From positions 1,561-65,560 of IMG/VR virus record IMGVR_UViG_3300014204_000018: DNA of 64,000 nt, one strand, 5' to 3'. The notes beneath the pieces were generated by a model. The model saw nothing but the letters and a program-made list of their open reading frames with translations. It had not been told where the DNA came from and searched no databases. Shown here piece by piece: positions 39,101-48,335 of the stretch. The position numbers were made by a program, and so were the translations under genes. This DNA is from a virus. Taxonomy: Duplodnaviria; Caudoviricetes. Every line of letters starts with the position of its first letter. Positions within the stretch are counted from its first letter, which is position 1.

Positions 39101-39644
39101 GTCTTTTGGGAAATATAATATTCTTGTAATTGGCGAAGCACCCGGCAAACAAGAAGATGAAAAGAGTACTGGCTTTATTGGAAGGTCTGGCGAGACTATT
39201 TGGAAAGCAATGAAAAATTTTGATCGGTCATTTTTTCATGTTACGAATGCCGTCAAGTGCTACCCAAAGGAAACGAGAACTCCAACCGTTGATCAAATTA
39301 AGACTTGCTCAAAATGGATAAAAAAAGAAATAAGAAGAACCAAAACTAAATTCGTTCTTGCCTTTGGTAATACGAATGTAAAGTTATTCACAAAGAACCA
39401 AAGCGGAATAACAGACCTATCAGGAACTTGTGAATGGAATGAAGAATTTGGTATATTTATTTTTTGGTGTATCCATCCTGCGGCAGCACTACATGACCCA
39501 AAGAATAAACCACTATTTGAAAAGAGTATAAAAGAATTTTGCAGCTACGTTGATTTATTAATTTCTTCAAAAGAAAAAAAACCAATACAATCAATTCAGG
39601 AAGAGAGAAAAAATCAAGACGATTACAAAGATATACCATTTTAA
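36195..39644 (+). CDS. dnaE: DNA polymerase III alpha (DnaE) with C-terminal family-4 uracil-DNA glycosylase domain
   Basis: PHP HLHVHDEYSQLDG, GRGSVGGS, PDIDIDF, GLMKLDIL, YGFNKAHS; then CDACDL..C, GEAPG, NAVKCYP, HPAA. Confidence 0.92.
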   Translation: MNFCHLHVHDEYSQLDGMGTAKEYAKVAKRRGFKYLALTNHGNIDGLIKFQKECEVEGIIPILGCELYIVEDIKNKKEKRHHVCVFVKNKKGWKNLTDILTFANLEGFYYRPIVNFSFFLSHLEGLVVSTACVASFINHAKGVDLFKKIKEKIGDDLYLEVMPHDIKEQIETNQLCIKLNKKFGNKIIATNDCHYVKKADYKIQEVLLAIQRGAKWTDKNRFKFSLKGLHLKRQVEMEKGFAKHHKKKDYQQWLNNTIEVAEKCSHFRIKKRKVFLPKPPIEKGFTEDDFLWSLVLKGYDSKILPTESKIYIERAKYEFNMIKEKRLTRYFLIVWELVNWCRKNDILIGPGRGSVGGSLVSYLIGITLVDPIKYGLHFERFISADRIDLPDIDIDFEKSKRDLVKAHLEELYGKDNVASVSSFSRMKSRAIIREVGKVFDVPYSEIDEFAKLIEYKDESTLAEAIENHREGQELKEKYPFVVKAALRLEGQVKNYGKHAAAVVVSKNPIKYGGRCNLHVRNNDVLINWEKEDTEFVGLMKLDILSLNLLDIFSHTIKSIKSNTGKDINLEDIPLNDKKILKEISEGSNTGIFQLGSWATNRLVKDIHGVSSFEEIAAVIALVRPGPATMADDYISRKKRKSWTKKHEIYERITAETYGIPIYQEQIMACISELAGLPFSTADNIRKIIGKKRDRSEFEKYEKLFIEGCIKNKTLSKKEAEKFWVDLQEWANYGFNKAHSIEYALLGYWCAWLKYYYPTEFICANLTCGADLKKEDLVKEAYNMGLKIYLPKVGISHATEWTVKENKLYIPFIEVKGFGKSKAEMVTANQESKKKARRFYTKKEDKKKYNFSGQIKKILEAIGAFEEQNPTITPEIKKYFSFDIIGTPSETYPKLYKIFKKAAKRKGIPIINPDQMVRENDLKNILEGSKRYLAELAPEILKEKSIKRDRKLSTCDACDLRKQCIAPVHPSFGKYNILVIGEAPGKQEDEKSTGFIGRSGETIWKAMKNFDRSFFHVTNAVKCYPKETRTPTVDQIKTCSKWIKKEIRRTKTKFVLAFGNTNVKLFTKNQSGITDLSGTCEWNEEFGIFIFWCIHPAAALHDPKNKPLFEKSIKEFCSYVDLLISSKEKKPIQSIQEERKNQDDYKDIPF

Positions 39645-39683
39645 TTTTTCGCCTAAAATATTTCAAGCGTGATATAATAGTTA

Positions 39684-40214
39684 TTGAAAGGGGGCAAAGG
39701 TGAAATCATGGGATATAGAGAAGACATAAAAATCGACAAATATAATCTTGACGAAGAACTAATAAGGCAGCCGCAAAAATTTCTGGACTTTGCCTTGCTA
39801 TGGAATGAAGCGGCAGACCAAAAAGAAAAAATGCGAACGCGGTTAGACCTTGAAAAAGCAAAGGCAGAACTTAGAATCAGAAAGGAGCTATCAGAATCAG
39901 AAGAAAAAATAACTGAAAAAGTAATTACTGCAACTGTTTTAAAAGACAAGAAAGTTAAGCGAGCAAATAAAAAATATTTATCTGCTTTGAAATATGAAAG
40001 GACTTTATCAGATGTTAAAACAGCATTCAGGCAAAGAAAGTCAATGCTTGAAAAACTGGTAGACTTAAATTTAATGTTAAGGTTCTCGGAACCAAAAGAA
40101 TCAAGACTTCCCAAAGACCAACAAGAAGCAGTTTATCAAATGAGAAAAAGAAATATTGTCAATGGTCTGAAAGGAAAAATAACAAGGAAGGAGGAGCAAG
40201 AAGATGTTTATTGA
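39684..40214 (+). CDS. UvsY-like recombination mediator / coiled-coil protein
   Basis: DIKIDKYNLDEELIRQP pattern; upstream of SSB and RecA. Confidence 0.5.
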   Translation: MKGGKGEIMGYREDIKIDKYNLDEELIRQPQKFLDFALLWNEAADQKEKMRTRLDLEKAKAELRIRKELSESEEKITEKVITATVLKDKKVKRANKKYLSALKYERTLSDVKTAFRQRKSMLEKLVDLNLMLRFSEPKESRLPKDQQEAVYQMRKRNIVNGLKGKITRKEEQEDVY

Positions 40215-40369
40215 CCTTTTACAATATATCTTTTTGGCGATAGGTATTTTTTTTGCTATCGTCCTGTTCTTCTTTCTGTTATATATATCAGCAAGAATTT
40301 TTGGCAAAGGCGTGATACGAAGTATTATTGAAACAGTAGAACAAAACAAAAAGAAGAAAGGAGTTTAAA

Positions 40370-41527
40370 ATGGCAAAAAGAGACAAGAAAAGCAAACGCC
40401 GGTTCAACAGCAAAAAGCTGAAGGAGAGAACCAAGAAGTCACAACAGAATGCAAGGACTGGCAAAACGGTTATTGACGCGAGTAAGAATGTTCCAATTAT
40501 TCAGTTAGGAGAAGGCAAACATTCGATTGATATTATCCCTTATATTGCCGGAAAAAATGACGTTGACCCTGGTAGTGAAGCATATACTTTCGAGTACTAC
40601 CAACATCGAAATGTTGGGCCTAATCCGATTATTTGTCCACAAGCTACCTTTGACAAGCCCTGCCCTATTTGTGAACGGCAACAGAAATTAAGAGATAAGG
40701 GCGACGAGAAGTACAAGGAGTACTGGCCGAAAAGAAGGAACCTTTACAATGTTGTTTGCTATGATCGGTCACAAAGAGATAAAGGTGTTCAGGTTCTTGA
40801 CGTAAGCTGGCACTACCTTGAAAAATTCCTTGCCAAAATATCCGAAAAGACAAACAGAAGAACTGGCGAAATTGAAACGATTGTTTTTTCAAGTCCCGAC
40901 AAGGAAGAAGGACGTTCGATTGACTTTACAATCGAAGCACCAAAAAGCGAGAACGATTGGCCCGAGTGGATAGGCCACCAGCTTGACAGAAGGGATTATG
41001 ATATTGACGATAAAATTCTTGACGATGCCTTCGTCTTGGATGAAATCGTTACTATCCTGTCATACGATGAAATAAAAGAAATCCTTTATGAGAACCCGAA
41101 TCCTACTTCTTTCAAGAAAGGAAAAAAGAATAAGGACGAAGAAAAAGACGATGCCGATACAGACGATGATATTACTTCTGATATTGACGACATCGAATCT
41201 TATGACGACATGAAAAAGTATCTTGAAGAAAATGAAATAAACTATAAGCTGAATAAGAAAAAATGGAGACTGGACGCCGACAATATTAAAGAGGAAGTAA
41301 AAGAACTTATGAGTTCTACCGGCGACGACGATGAGGACGATGGCGACGACGACGATGCGCCAAAATATTCAAAGGATGAAATTGAAGAAATGAGTTACAA
41401 AAAACTGAAAAAATTAATCAAGGAGGAAGACCTTGACGTTGACATCGACGACTTTGACGACGACGATGAGGACGACCTCGAAGACCTAAGAGGAGAAGTC
41501 ATTGAAGAACTCGGCCTTGATGAATAA
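40370..41527 (+). CDS. single-stranded DNA-binding protein (gp32-like) with long acidic tail
   Basis: H..C..CPIC Zn motif, RRNLYNV, acidic C-terminus. Confidence 0.75.
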   Translation: MAKRDKKSKRRFNSKKLKERTKKSQQNARTGKTVIDASKNVPIIQLGEGKHSIDIIPYIAGKNDVDPGSEAYTFEYYQHRNVGPNPIICPQATFDKPCPICERQQKLRDKGDEKYKEYWPKRRNLYNVVCYDRSQRDKGVQVLDVSWHYLEKFLAKISEKTNRRTGEIETIVFSSPDKEEGRSIDFTIEAPKSENDWPEWIGHQLDRRDYDIDDKILDDAFVLDEIVTILSYDEIKEILYENPNPTSFKKGKKNKDEEKDDADTDDDITSDIDDIESYDDMKKYLEENEINYKLNKKKWRLDADNIKEEVKELMSSTGDDDEDDGDDDDAPKYSKDEIEEMSYKKLKKLIKEEDLDVDIDDFDDDDEDDLEDLRGEVIEELGLDE

Positions 41528-41903
41528 CCATCTTTTAACTATTGCTATGCAGACAGCAGTTCCCTTATGGATTATATCTATAAGGGAACGCGGCCTATCA
41601 AACCAAGACTTTATAGAAGCAAAAGAAATTTGCGACCGTCTTGGTGTTATGGGCGACCGTCTTATTCACGGCAGGGCAAAAGGAGACAAAGAAGGTCTTG
41701 TTGCAGACCTGTTTAATAAAACAGCAAAGGCAATCGCTGTTTTATCTTTTTGCCCCGGGGGTATTACGATTTTTAATACTACCTTCAAAAGTGATTTTTT
41801 ATCGCCACAAAGAATCAAGCTTGATTCACTAAAAGAATTAAGAGAGCGAGTTTTAAATCTTTTCAAAAAACCTAAACGAAAAATTAAAAGGAGAAGAAAA
41901 TGA
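41520..41903 (+). CDS. hypothetical protein
   Basis: AKAIAVLSFCPGGITIF motif, coupled start. Confidence 0.6.
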   Translation: MNNHLLTIAMQTAVPLWIISIRERGLSNQDFIEAKEICDRLGVMGDRLIHGRAKGDKEGLVADLFNKTAKAIAVLSFCPGGITIFNTTFKSDFLSPQRIKLDSLKELRERVLNLFKKPKRKIKRRRK

Positions 41904-42106
41904 ACAAAGAAATTATTTCTGGACTAAAAAACATTATCAAATCGCTTGACAGTATCAGTTCAACCATTAACAAATTACTTGCAAAGGAAGAACCGAAAGC
42001 GACGAATGAAAAGAAAGTTATTAAGAAAAAGAATCAGGCAAAGGTAGCCAAAAAGAAAATCAAAACAAACAAGAAATATCAACCGGCGAAAAGGAGCAAG
42101 AAGTAA
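41900..42106 (+). CDS. small basic hypothetical protein
   Basis: 68 aa, Lys-rich tail. Confidence 0.5.
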   Translation: MNKEIISGLKNIIKSLDSISSTINKLLAKEEPKATNEKKVIKKKNQAKVAKKKIKTNKKYQPAKRSKK

Positions 42107-43200
42107 TGAAAATAAAAAGGCGCAGCAAGTATAAAAAAATTGCCGATGAATATGTAGAGGAGACAAAAAAAGAAATAGAAAATCCTCGCGTTGAATTTAT
42201 CGGTACTGGTAGTACTTGTCTGAACCTTGCCCTGTCTGGCCTGCCCGATGGCGGGTGGGCCAGAGGAAGAATCCATAATATTGTTGGCGATAAGTCGTCC
42301 GGCAAAACACTACTTGCTCTTGAAGAAGCATTTTGGTTTTTCAAAAATATACAAAACAGTAAATCAAAAATTTTTCCAAAAGTAAAAGAACCAATTATCT
42401 GCTTCGACAAGGGCGAAGGTGTCATGGATTTTCCAGTAGAAAAAATGTACGGGCAAGAGTTCTACAATGCAGTTGACTGGGAACGCAGCCCCCATTTTGA
42501 GGCGATGTGTAGAAGGTTTTTCCGAAAAGTAAATACACTAAAGAAAGGACAATCACTTCTCTACATTATCGACTCATGGGATTCTTTTAAATCCGCAAAG
42601 AGCATGGAAGCCTTCCTGAAAAGCGTAAAAGACGACGTTGAGATTAAAGGCGACTATGACATGGCATTGCAAAAATATGCAAGTAGCAAGTTCTTCCCGA
42701 ACGTATGCAGCATAATGGATAATAACGGGGCCGATGCTACCTTGTGTATCATTTCTCAAATACGCGACAAGATAGGTGTTCTGTTTGGAAGGAAGCAATA
42801 TAGAGCAGGCGGAAAGGCACTTGACTTCTACACGCATCAGGTTATTTGGATTCGAGAACTTGAAAAGCTTGATAAAATAAAGCTTAAAGAAAAGCGCGTA
42901 TATGGGATAAAGTCCGAAGCACTTGTTGACAGGAGCAAGGTAGCAAAGCCTTTTAGAACCGCGCAATTTACAATCCTTTTTGATTACGGTCTTGACGATA
43001 TTTCTTCCTGTCTCGATTATTTATATGGTAGTCAAAAAATAAAATTCAATGGGAAAGAATTTCAAACAAAAAACGAAGTGACAAAATATATTGAGGATAA
43101 AAACCTTGAATCATTACTTGTAAGTGAGACGGCAAAAAAATGGAACAAGGTAGAAAAGGCTTTTGAAAAAGAGGTAGAATCAAGGAAACGGAGGTTCTAA
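42106..43200 (+). CDS. RecA/UvsX-like recombinase
   Basis: GDKSSGKT, IIDSWD, ISQIRDKIG, GGKALDFY, SKVAKPF. Confidence 0.9.
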   Translation: MKIKRRSKYKKIADEYVEETKKEIENPRVEFIGTGSTCLNLALSGLPDGGWARGRIHNIVGDKSSGKTLLALEEAFWFFKNIQNSKSKIFPKVKEPIICFDKGEGVMDFPVEKMYGQEFYNAVDWERSPHFEAMCRRFFRKVNTLKKGQSLLYIIDSWDSFKSAKSMEAFLKSVKDDVEIKGDYDMALQKYASSKFFPNVCSIMDNNGADATLCIISQIRDKIGVLFGRKQYRAGGKALDFYTHQVIWIRELEKLDKIKLKEKRVYGIKSEALVDRSKVAKPFRTAQFTILFDYGLDDISSCLDYLYGSQKIKFNGKEFQTKNEVTKYIEDKNLESLLVSETAKKWNKVEKAFEKEVESRKRRF

Positions 43201-44054
43201 TGAAACACCTTCTAATTGATTGCCCGGCGATCTGCTACGCGGCCATGTACCGTTTCGGTTCATTCTCTAACAATGGTCTTCAAACAGGCATCATATATGG
43301 TTTTTTTAAACAGATACTTTCCTTTTCAAAAATCTTTAATACTTCTAAAATGATTTTTTGTTGGGACTCTCCGGTTAGTGTAAGAAAAAAAGAGTATCCA
43401 ATTTACAAAGAAGGAAGGCATAAGTTTTTAAAACCTGAAGATGAAAAGCAATACTATTCAATGCTTAAACAAAAGGACTTGCTACAAAAATATATACTTC
43501 AAGAAATTGGATTTAGAAATAATTTTTGCGTAGAAGGTTTTGAGGCAGACGATATAATTGCATACTTTGTCGATAAGATAAAAGCAATTTTTATTTCTTC
43601 TGATAATGACCTCTACCAATTACTTGATCGTGCTGAAATGTATCACTTGTCAAGAAAGAAATTTTTTAGACAGGAAGACTTTGAAAAAGAATATAATATC
43701 AAACCGAACCAATGGGCGCTGGCAAAGGCAATCGGCGGATGCGCTGGCGACAATATTAAAGGAGTAGAAGGTTTTTCAGACCCCAAGGTTAAAACGTCAA
43801 AAGCACTTAAGCTAATAAGGAAAGAAATTACTTCTGGCAAATTATATGATCGCTTTATTGAAAAAGATAATTGCGGAGAAATAAAAAAGTTCTACTCACT
43901 TGTAAAAATTCCGCATGAAAAATTTCAAAAGACCTTGATAGTAAGGCGCAACAAAGTAGAAGAAAAAAATCTTATCAAGGTCTTTTTAAGATATAACTTT
44001 CGTTCCTTCCTTGAGGAAAACTTCGATCAATGGCGATACTTTATAAGGAGTTAA
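43200..44054 (+). CDS. 5'-3' exonuclease / flap endonuclease (T4 RNase H-like)
   Basis: LLIDC, WDS, EADDIIA, SSDNDLYQL, GCAGDNIKGV. Confidence 0.88.
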   Translation: MKHLLIDCPAICYAAMYRFGSFSNNGLQTGIIYGFFKQILSFSKIFNTSKMIFCWDSPVSVRKKEYPIYKEGRHKFLKPEDEKQYYSMLKQKDLLQKYILQEIGFRNNFCVEGFEADDIIAYFVDKIKAIFISSDNDLYQLLDRAEMYHLSRKKFFRQEDFEKEYNIKPNQWALAKAIGGCAGDNIKGVEGFSDPKVKTSKALKLIRKEITSGKLYDRFIEKDNCGEIKKFYSLVKIPHEKFQKTLIVRRNKVEEKNLIKVFLRYNFRSFLEENFDQWRYFIRS

Positions 44055-44056
44055 AC

Positions 44057-44314
44057 ATGAAAAAAGAACTTGAAGAAGTCCTTGACGAAATAATTCTAAT
44101 CGCTGAAGATTCAAAGCTTGACGCGATGCGAATGAAATATGGTAACGTCACGGCAGGGAAACGAGTAAGAAAAAAGATGCAAAGAATAAGAAGCAAAGCA
44201 AAAAACGTTCGCGCTGAAATTCAAAAAATACGGGCGTTTTATAAGGTAGAAAAACTAAAAAAGAAAATGAAGGAGTCAACCAATGTCAACAAAGAGAAGA
44301 ATATTTCCGTTTGA
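44057..44314 (+). CDS. histone H1-like Hc1-family protein
   Basis: GNVTAGKRVRKKMQ matches the GNxxAGxRxRK motif of Hc1-like proteins. Confidence 0.55.
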   Translation: MKKELEEVLDEIILIAEDSKLDAMRMKYGNVTAGKRVRKKMQRIRSKAKNVRAEIQKIRAFYKVEKLKKKMKESTNVNKEKNISV

Positions 44315-44582
44315 ATGTTGCCGTTGTGGTTTTTGCTGTTTAAGTATTACTTGTGCTATCGGTATGAAATTTTATGGTATTGAGAAGAAAGACCGATGCC
44401 CCGGACTTTCTTTTAATAAAAAAGGAATTGCTTCTTGTGCGCTCGCTGGCATCGTGCCGATTAATGACGGATGCTGTATCAAGGCAAGATGCTTTAAGGA
44501 CTACGTTGAATATGACTTCGCATCATTACCTAAAGAAATGAAGTACAAGATTGTTAAAAGTATAATGGCAAAAAATAATTAA
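44283..44582 (+). CDS. Cys-rich putative Fe-S/Zn protein (YkgJ-like)
   Basis: FECCRCGFCC..C..CP..C. Confidence 0.55.
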   Translation: MSTKRRIFPFECCRCGFCCLSITCAIGMKFYGIEKKDRCPGLSFNKKGIASCALAGIVPINDGCCIKARCFKDYVEYDFASLPKEMKYKIVKSIMAKNN

Positions 44583-44590
44583 AGGAGAAA

Positions 44591-45124
44591 ATGATGAAAA
44601 TACTTGCTCTTGATACTGGAACAAAAACAGGTTGGGCGACAGAAGGACTTTCTGGCGTTCAAAACTTTGCAGCAAAACGGGGCGATTCACCCGGATTGAA
44701 GTTCTTAAACTTTCGTTCTTGGTTAGCAGAAATAATTAGACTTACTTCTCCTGATTTAATTGTCTATGAACAAGCGCATCACCGGGGCGGCTTTGCTACC
44801 GAATCCTGTCTTGGATTCGTGACAGAAGTAAAAACCGCCGCAGCACTAAACAATATAGAATTAACTACTGTTCATTCTGGAACCTTGAAGAAGTGGGCTT
44901 GTGGTCACGGCAAGGCAAGCAAAAAAGATATGATTGATCAGGCTTGCCATAGAATGAAAACAGGCAAGATAGAAGACGACAACGAAGCAGACGCCGTTCT
45001 CATGTATCTTTATGCGGCTGAAAACTATTCGACAAATCCCATAAAGAAAAGAACTATCAGGAGAAGAAAAAATGGATTACGAAAAAATAAGACCAGCACT
45101 AAAAAAACTAATAAGAGAAATTAA
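44591..45124 (+). CDS. RuvC-like Holliday junction resolvase
   Basis: ILALDTG, VYEQ, LKKWACGHGKASK, DNEADA. Confidence 0.85.
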   Translation: MMKILALDTGTKTGWATEGLSGVQNFAAKRGDSPGLKFLNFRSWLAEIIRLTSPDLIVYEQAHHRGGFATESCLGFVTEVKTAAALNNIELTTVHSGTLKKWACGHGKASKKDMIDQACHRMKTGKIEDDNEADAVLMYLYAAENYSTNPIKKRTIRRRKNGLRKNKTSTKKTNKRN

Positions 45125-45356
45125 TGAGATTGAAGGCGTAGAATTTCAACCTCCTACTGATATTTGTCCGGGCCTTCTACGTCAAGATAACTGGGTCAAG
45201 TTAGAGGATGGCACTACCGTAAGAATTTGTATAATTGACAATATTCTGGAGAATCAACAACTCAAAAAAGTACTTAAACCGGAAAGTAAAAAAATAAAAA
45301 GAAGAGGAGTTTTCGATATAAAACCAAAACGAAAAATAAGAAGGAGAAGGAAATGA
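45072..45356 (+). CDS. hypothetical protein
   Basis: 94 aa, basic tail. Confidence 0.5.
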   Translation: MDYEKIRPALKKLIREINEIEGVEFQPPTDICPGLLRQDNWVKLEDGTTVRICIIDNILENQQLKKVLKPESKKIKRRGVFDIKPKRKIRRRRK

Positions 45357-45595
45357 CGAAATGGAATACCAGAACAGCACTTGAAGAACAAGAAAAACAA
45401 ATTGAGAAATACGAAAAATACTGGCCGGTAGGAAAAGTACATAAAGGGAAACGAATTACGGAAGTACCAAACAAATATTTAAAATGGGTATCTGAATCTT
45501 TTACAGAAGACAATATCTTTTCAAGAGCCTTATGTATTGCCGCCGACAGAGAACTTCAATATCGAATTAAACATGACATTACAATAGAGGAATAA
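45353..45595 (+). CDS. DUF3820-like small protein
   Basis: WPVGKVHKGKRITEVPNKYLKWV (GK-HKG..I..VP..YL.W motif). Confidence 0.6.
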   Translation: MTKWNTRTALEEQEKQIEKYEKYWPVGKVHKGKRITEVPNKYLKWVSESFTEDNIFSRALCIAADRELQYRIKHDITIEE

Positions 45596-45596
45596 A

Positions 45597-45752
45597 ATGA
45601 TTATAGTAGACGATATTCAAAGTAAAGAACCGGCCTTGTCTGAAGAACAAAAAAAGAAATTAATTCAATGGTGGGAGAGGGTAAATGAAATTAAAAGAAA
45701 TAAGACTAAAGAATTTCCAGTCATATCGGAAAGCAAGAATAAAACTGCATAA
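45597..45752 (+). CDS. 51-aa ORF resembling a terminase Walker-B segment
   Basis: MIIVDDIQSKEPALSEEQKKKLIQWW; GAGG RBS; overlaps next gene. Confidence 0.35.
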   Translation: MIIVDDIQSKEPALSEEQKKKLIQWWERVNEIKRNKTKEFPVISESKNKTA

Positions 45753-46617
45753 AGGAGTAAACGTTATTCATGGTTTAAGTATGGCCGGAAAGTCTGCTAT
45801 CATTCGTGCTGTCAAGAAGGTAACATTTAATCGGCCCGGCGGGTATGATAAGAAGTATCATTCTGACTTTGCCAAAAATAAAACTTCTTCTTGTAAGCTT
45901 ATATTCGACGACGGCTTTATTGAAATGGCAAACACAAAGAAAGGACTGACATATAATTTAAACGGAGAAGTATATCGAAAGTTCGGAACAAAAATCCCAA
46001 ACGAGATAAAAGAATTTATTGCTCTTGACGAAAACAACTTCTCCTTCCAGTCGTCAAATCCTTTTGATATTCACAAAACATCAAACCTGACAAGAGAAAT
46101 AAATTCACAAACAAAACTTGACGTAGTAACCGTATGGATAAAAACAGCAAACAAAAAAATATCAGATAGTAGAAAAAGAATATCTTTTTTAGCAGAAGAA
46201 ATTAACAAAAAAAGAAAAGACTTAAACCGTTTTAAAGACCTTCCACGAATGCGTTTTATACTGGATAGGATAAAGAGATATGAAAAACAAATAAGTTCAA
46301 CACAAGCGATTCTACAGCGGTATAAACAGGCAAAAACAGACGTTGACAGTCTTAAAATAAGGATAAATAAAACCAAAAAACAAATAGAAGTATTAGAAAA
46401 ATATGAACACAAAATAATAATGATAAATGCTGAATATGAAAAGTACTCAGACCTTCTTGATATGGTATCAAGACTTTCTGATTTAAAAATAGAAATGAAG
46501 GAAACAACAAAAAAGATTAAGAAAGTAAAGGAAAAATATATTTCAGAACTGGGCGATACCTGCGAGTATTGCTTCTCACCAATCAAGAACAAACAAAAGA
46601 TAAGGAGAACAATATGA
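45685..46617 (+). CDS. SbcC/Rad50-like ATPase, N-terminal half (Walker A, coiled coil, CxxC hook)
   Basis: IRLKNFQSY, GLSMAGKSAIIRA, terminal CEYC. Confidence 0.82.
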   Translation: MKLKEIRLKNFQSYRKARIKLHKGVNVIHGLSMAGKSAIIRAVKKVTFNRPGGYDKKYHSDFAKNKTSSCKLIFDDGFIEMANTKKGLTYNLNGEVYRKFGTKIPNEIKEFIALDENNFSFQSSNPFDIHKTSNLTREINSQTKLDVVTVWIKTANKKISDSRKRISFLAEEINKKRKDLNRFKDLPRMRFILDRIKRYEKQISSTQAILQRYKQAKTDVDSLKIRINKTKKQIEVLEKYEHKIIMINAEYEKYSDLLDMVSRLSDLKIEMKETTKKIKKVKEKYISELGDTCEYCFSPIKNKQKIRRTI

Positions 46618-47501
46618 AATATGTACTACTATCTGACGTTCACTTTTCATCGTCACAAACAAGAAGTAGAAAAGAAAATATGTTAAGCGTAGGTGTATCA
46701 AAACTTTTCAATATATTTAATCAAGGTCTGCCAGTTCTCCAGGCCGGAGATTTATTTGACAAGCCGCGAGACTTTGAAGCACTTTTTGAAATGACAGAAA
46801 TACTCAGGAAGTTCAAACAAGAATTTTATTTTGTAGCAGGTCAACACGATAGCTATTTCAGAACGGGCAAAGCTTCTTCTGCTTATTTTTTATCTCGTTT
46901 CGGTTACGGTCACCTTCTTTATAATGACAAAAAAGAAAAATATAAACGATGCGGATTAGATAAAATTTACGGTTCCGGCTGGGGAGAAGAAATTCCAATA
47001 GTAAAAAAGAACGATCAAGGAAAAAATATCCTTATCTGCCATGCGCCCATATCTGACGCGCCGTTATGGCCCGGACACCACTTTACAAAAGCAGAAGATT
47101 TTTTGAGCAAACATAATTCTTTTGATTTAATTCTTTGTGGAGACGTTCACAAGTACTTCGTAAGAGAACAAGAAGGAAGGTATTGCATAAATACTGGGCC
47201 TTTAATCAGAAGAAGTATAATTGAAAAGAAACACGCCCCAAGGTTTATTGTTTATGATTCGACAAAGAACACAATAGAAGAAAAGAAAATAAAACATGAC
47301 AATAAACATTGGGATAGACAACAAGCAGAACAAGACAATAAAATAAAAAAGATAGCAGAAGAATTTATTGACATGATTAGGAATGACAATATTTTAGAAA
47401 TAGATGCTGTATTCATTTTAGAAAAAATACTTCTTAAAAACAAACATAAAATTGAAGAAGGTGTCATTAAAATAATTGAAGAAATAAAGGGGGCAAAATG
47501 A
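46614..47501 (+). CDS. SbcD/Mre11-like metallophosphoesterase nuclease
   Basis: SDVH, AGDLFD, GQHD, CHAP, GDVH, NTG. Confidence 0.88.
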   Translation: MKYVLLSDVHFSSSQTRSRKENMLSVGVSKLFNIFNQGLPVLQAGDLFDKPRDFEALFEMTEILRKFKQEFYFVAGQHDSYFRTGKASSAYFLSRFGYGHLLYNDKKEKYKRCGLDKIYGSGWGEEIPIVKKNDQGKNILICHAPISDAPLWPGHHFTKAEDFLSKHNSFDLILCGDVHKYFVREQEGRYCINTGPLIRRSIIEKKHAPRFIVYDSTKNTIEEKKIKHDNKHWDRQQAEQDNKIKKIAEEFIDMIRNDNILEIDAVFILEKILLKNKHKIEEGVIKIIEEIKGAK

Positions 47502-47710
47502 ATAGACTAAATGATATAAAAGAACAACTACTTTCACTTCGGGTAAAACAAAAAAACCAATTAAACGAATTAAGTAAACTTGAAAAGGAAATTGAAGAAC
47601 TTGACATCGACGAAAAGACAGAAGAATCAATTCAGAAAAAACTAAAGAAAATAATCAATCTTAGAAACGCAGCGGTTAAAGAAGTAGAAAATCTTCTGGA
47701 GGAGTTCTAA
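47498..47710 (+). CDS. coiled-coil protein (possible SbcC fragment)
   Basis: Heptad pattern; sits between SbcD and the SbcC C-terminal half. Confidence 0.55.
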   Translation: MNRLNDIKEQLLSLRVKQKNQLNELSKLEKEIEELDIDEKTEESIQKKLKKIINLRNAAVKEVENLLEEF

Positions 47711-48303
47711 TGGACTTATCAGAAATCGAAATTGAAATCCGGTCACTTGAACGAGAATTTAATTCACTTACTACCAGTCTAATAAACGACAAGAAAAAAA
47801 GAGGAAAAGAAAAACAAGTACTCCTTTCGCTTATAAAGGCAAGAGAAATTTTTAAGAAAATATCAGATACCATTAAAAAGAAGGTAAAGCACCAAATAGA
47901 ACCACTAATAACAATGGCAATCCAAACCGTATATGACAGGCCGTTTGAGTACGTCTTAAACTATAAGGAAACGGAAAACAATGTATTATGGGAATCACAA
48001 ATTAAGGAAGGCAATAAAATCTATGAGGACGTAGAGGAAGAACTCGGCGGCGGCATAACAGATATAATCGCCTTTGCCAGAAAAATAATATTCAGGAAGA
48101 ACACAAGACCGATCTTATTCTTTGATGAACCATTTAAAAACCTTGGAGAACTTTCTAAAGTTGCAGCAAGTATGGTAAATACATTATCTAAAGAATTAGA
48201 CCTTCAATTTCTAATCGTTACCCATGATGAAAATTTAAAAGAAGGAGATAAAGTATTTTTGGTAGAAAATAAAAACAAAAAATCAAAAATAAAGGAGGAG
48301 TAA
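47710..48303 (+). CDS. SbcC/Rad50-like ATPase, C-terminal half
   Basis: LGGG signature, LFFDEPF Walker B/D-loop, IVTHD H-loop. Confidence 0.82.
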   Translation: MDLSEIEIEIRSLEREFNSLTTSLINDKKKRGKEKQVLLSLIKAREIFKKISDTIKKKVKHQIEPLITMAIQTVYDRPFEYVLNYKETENNVLWESQIKEGNKIYEDVEEELGGGITDIIAFARKIIFRKNTRPILFFDEPFKNLGELSKVAASMVNTLSKELDLQFLIVTHDENLKEGDKVFLVENKNKKSKIKEE

Positions 48304-48335
48304 ACATGAGAATCAAAAACAAAGGAGGAATAAAA

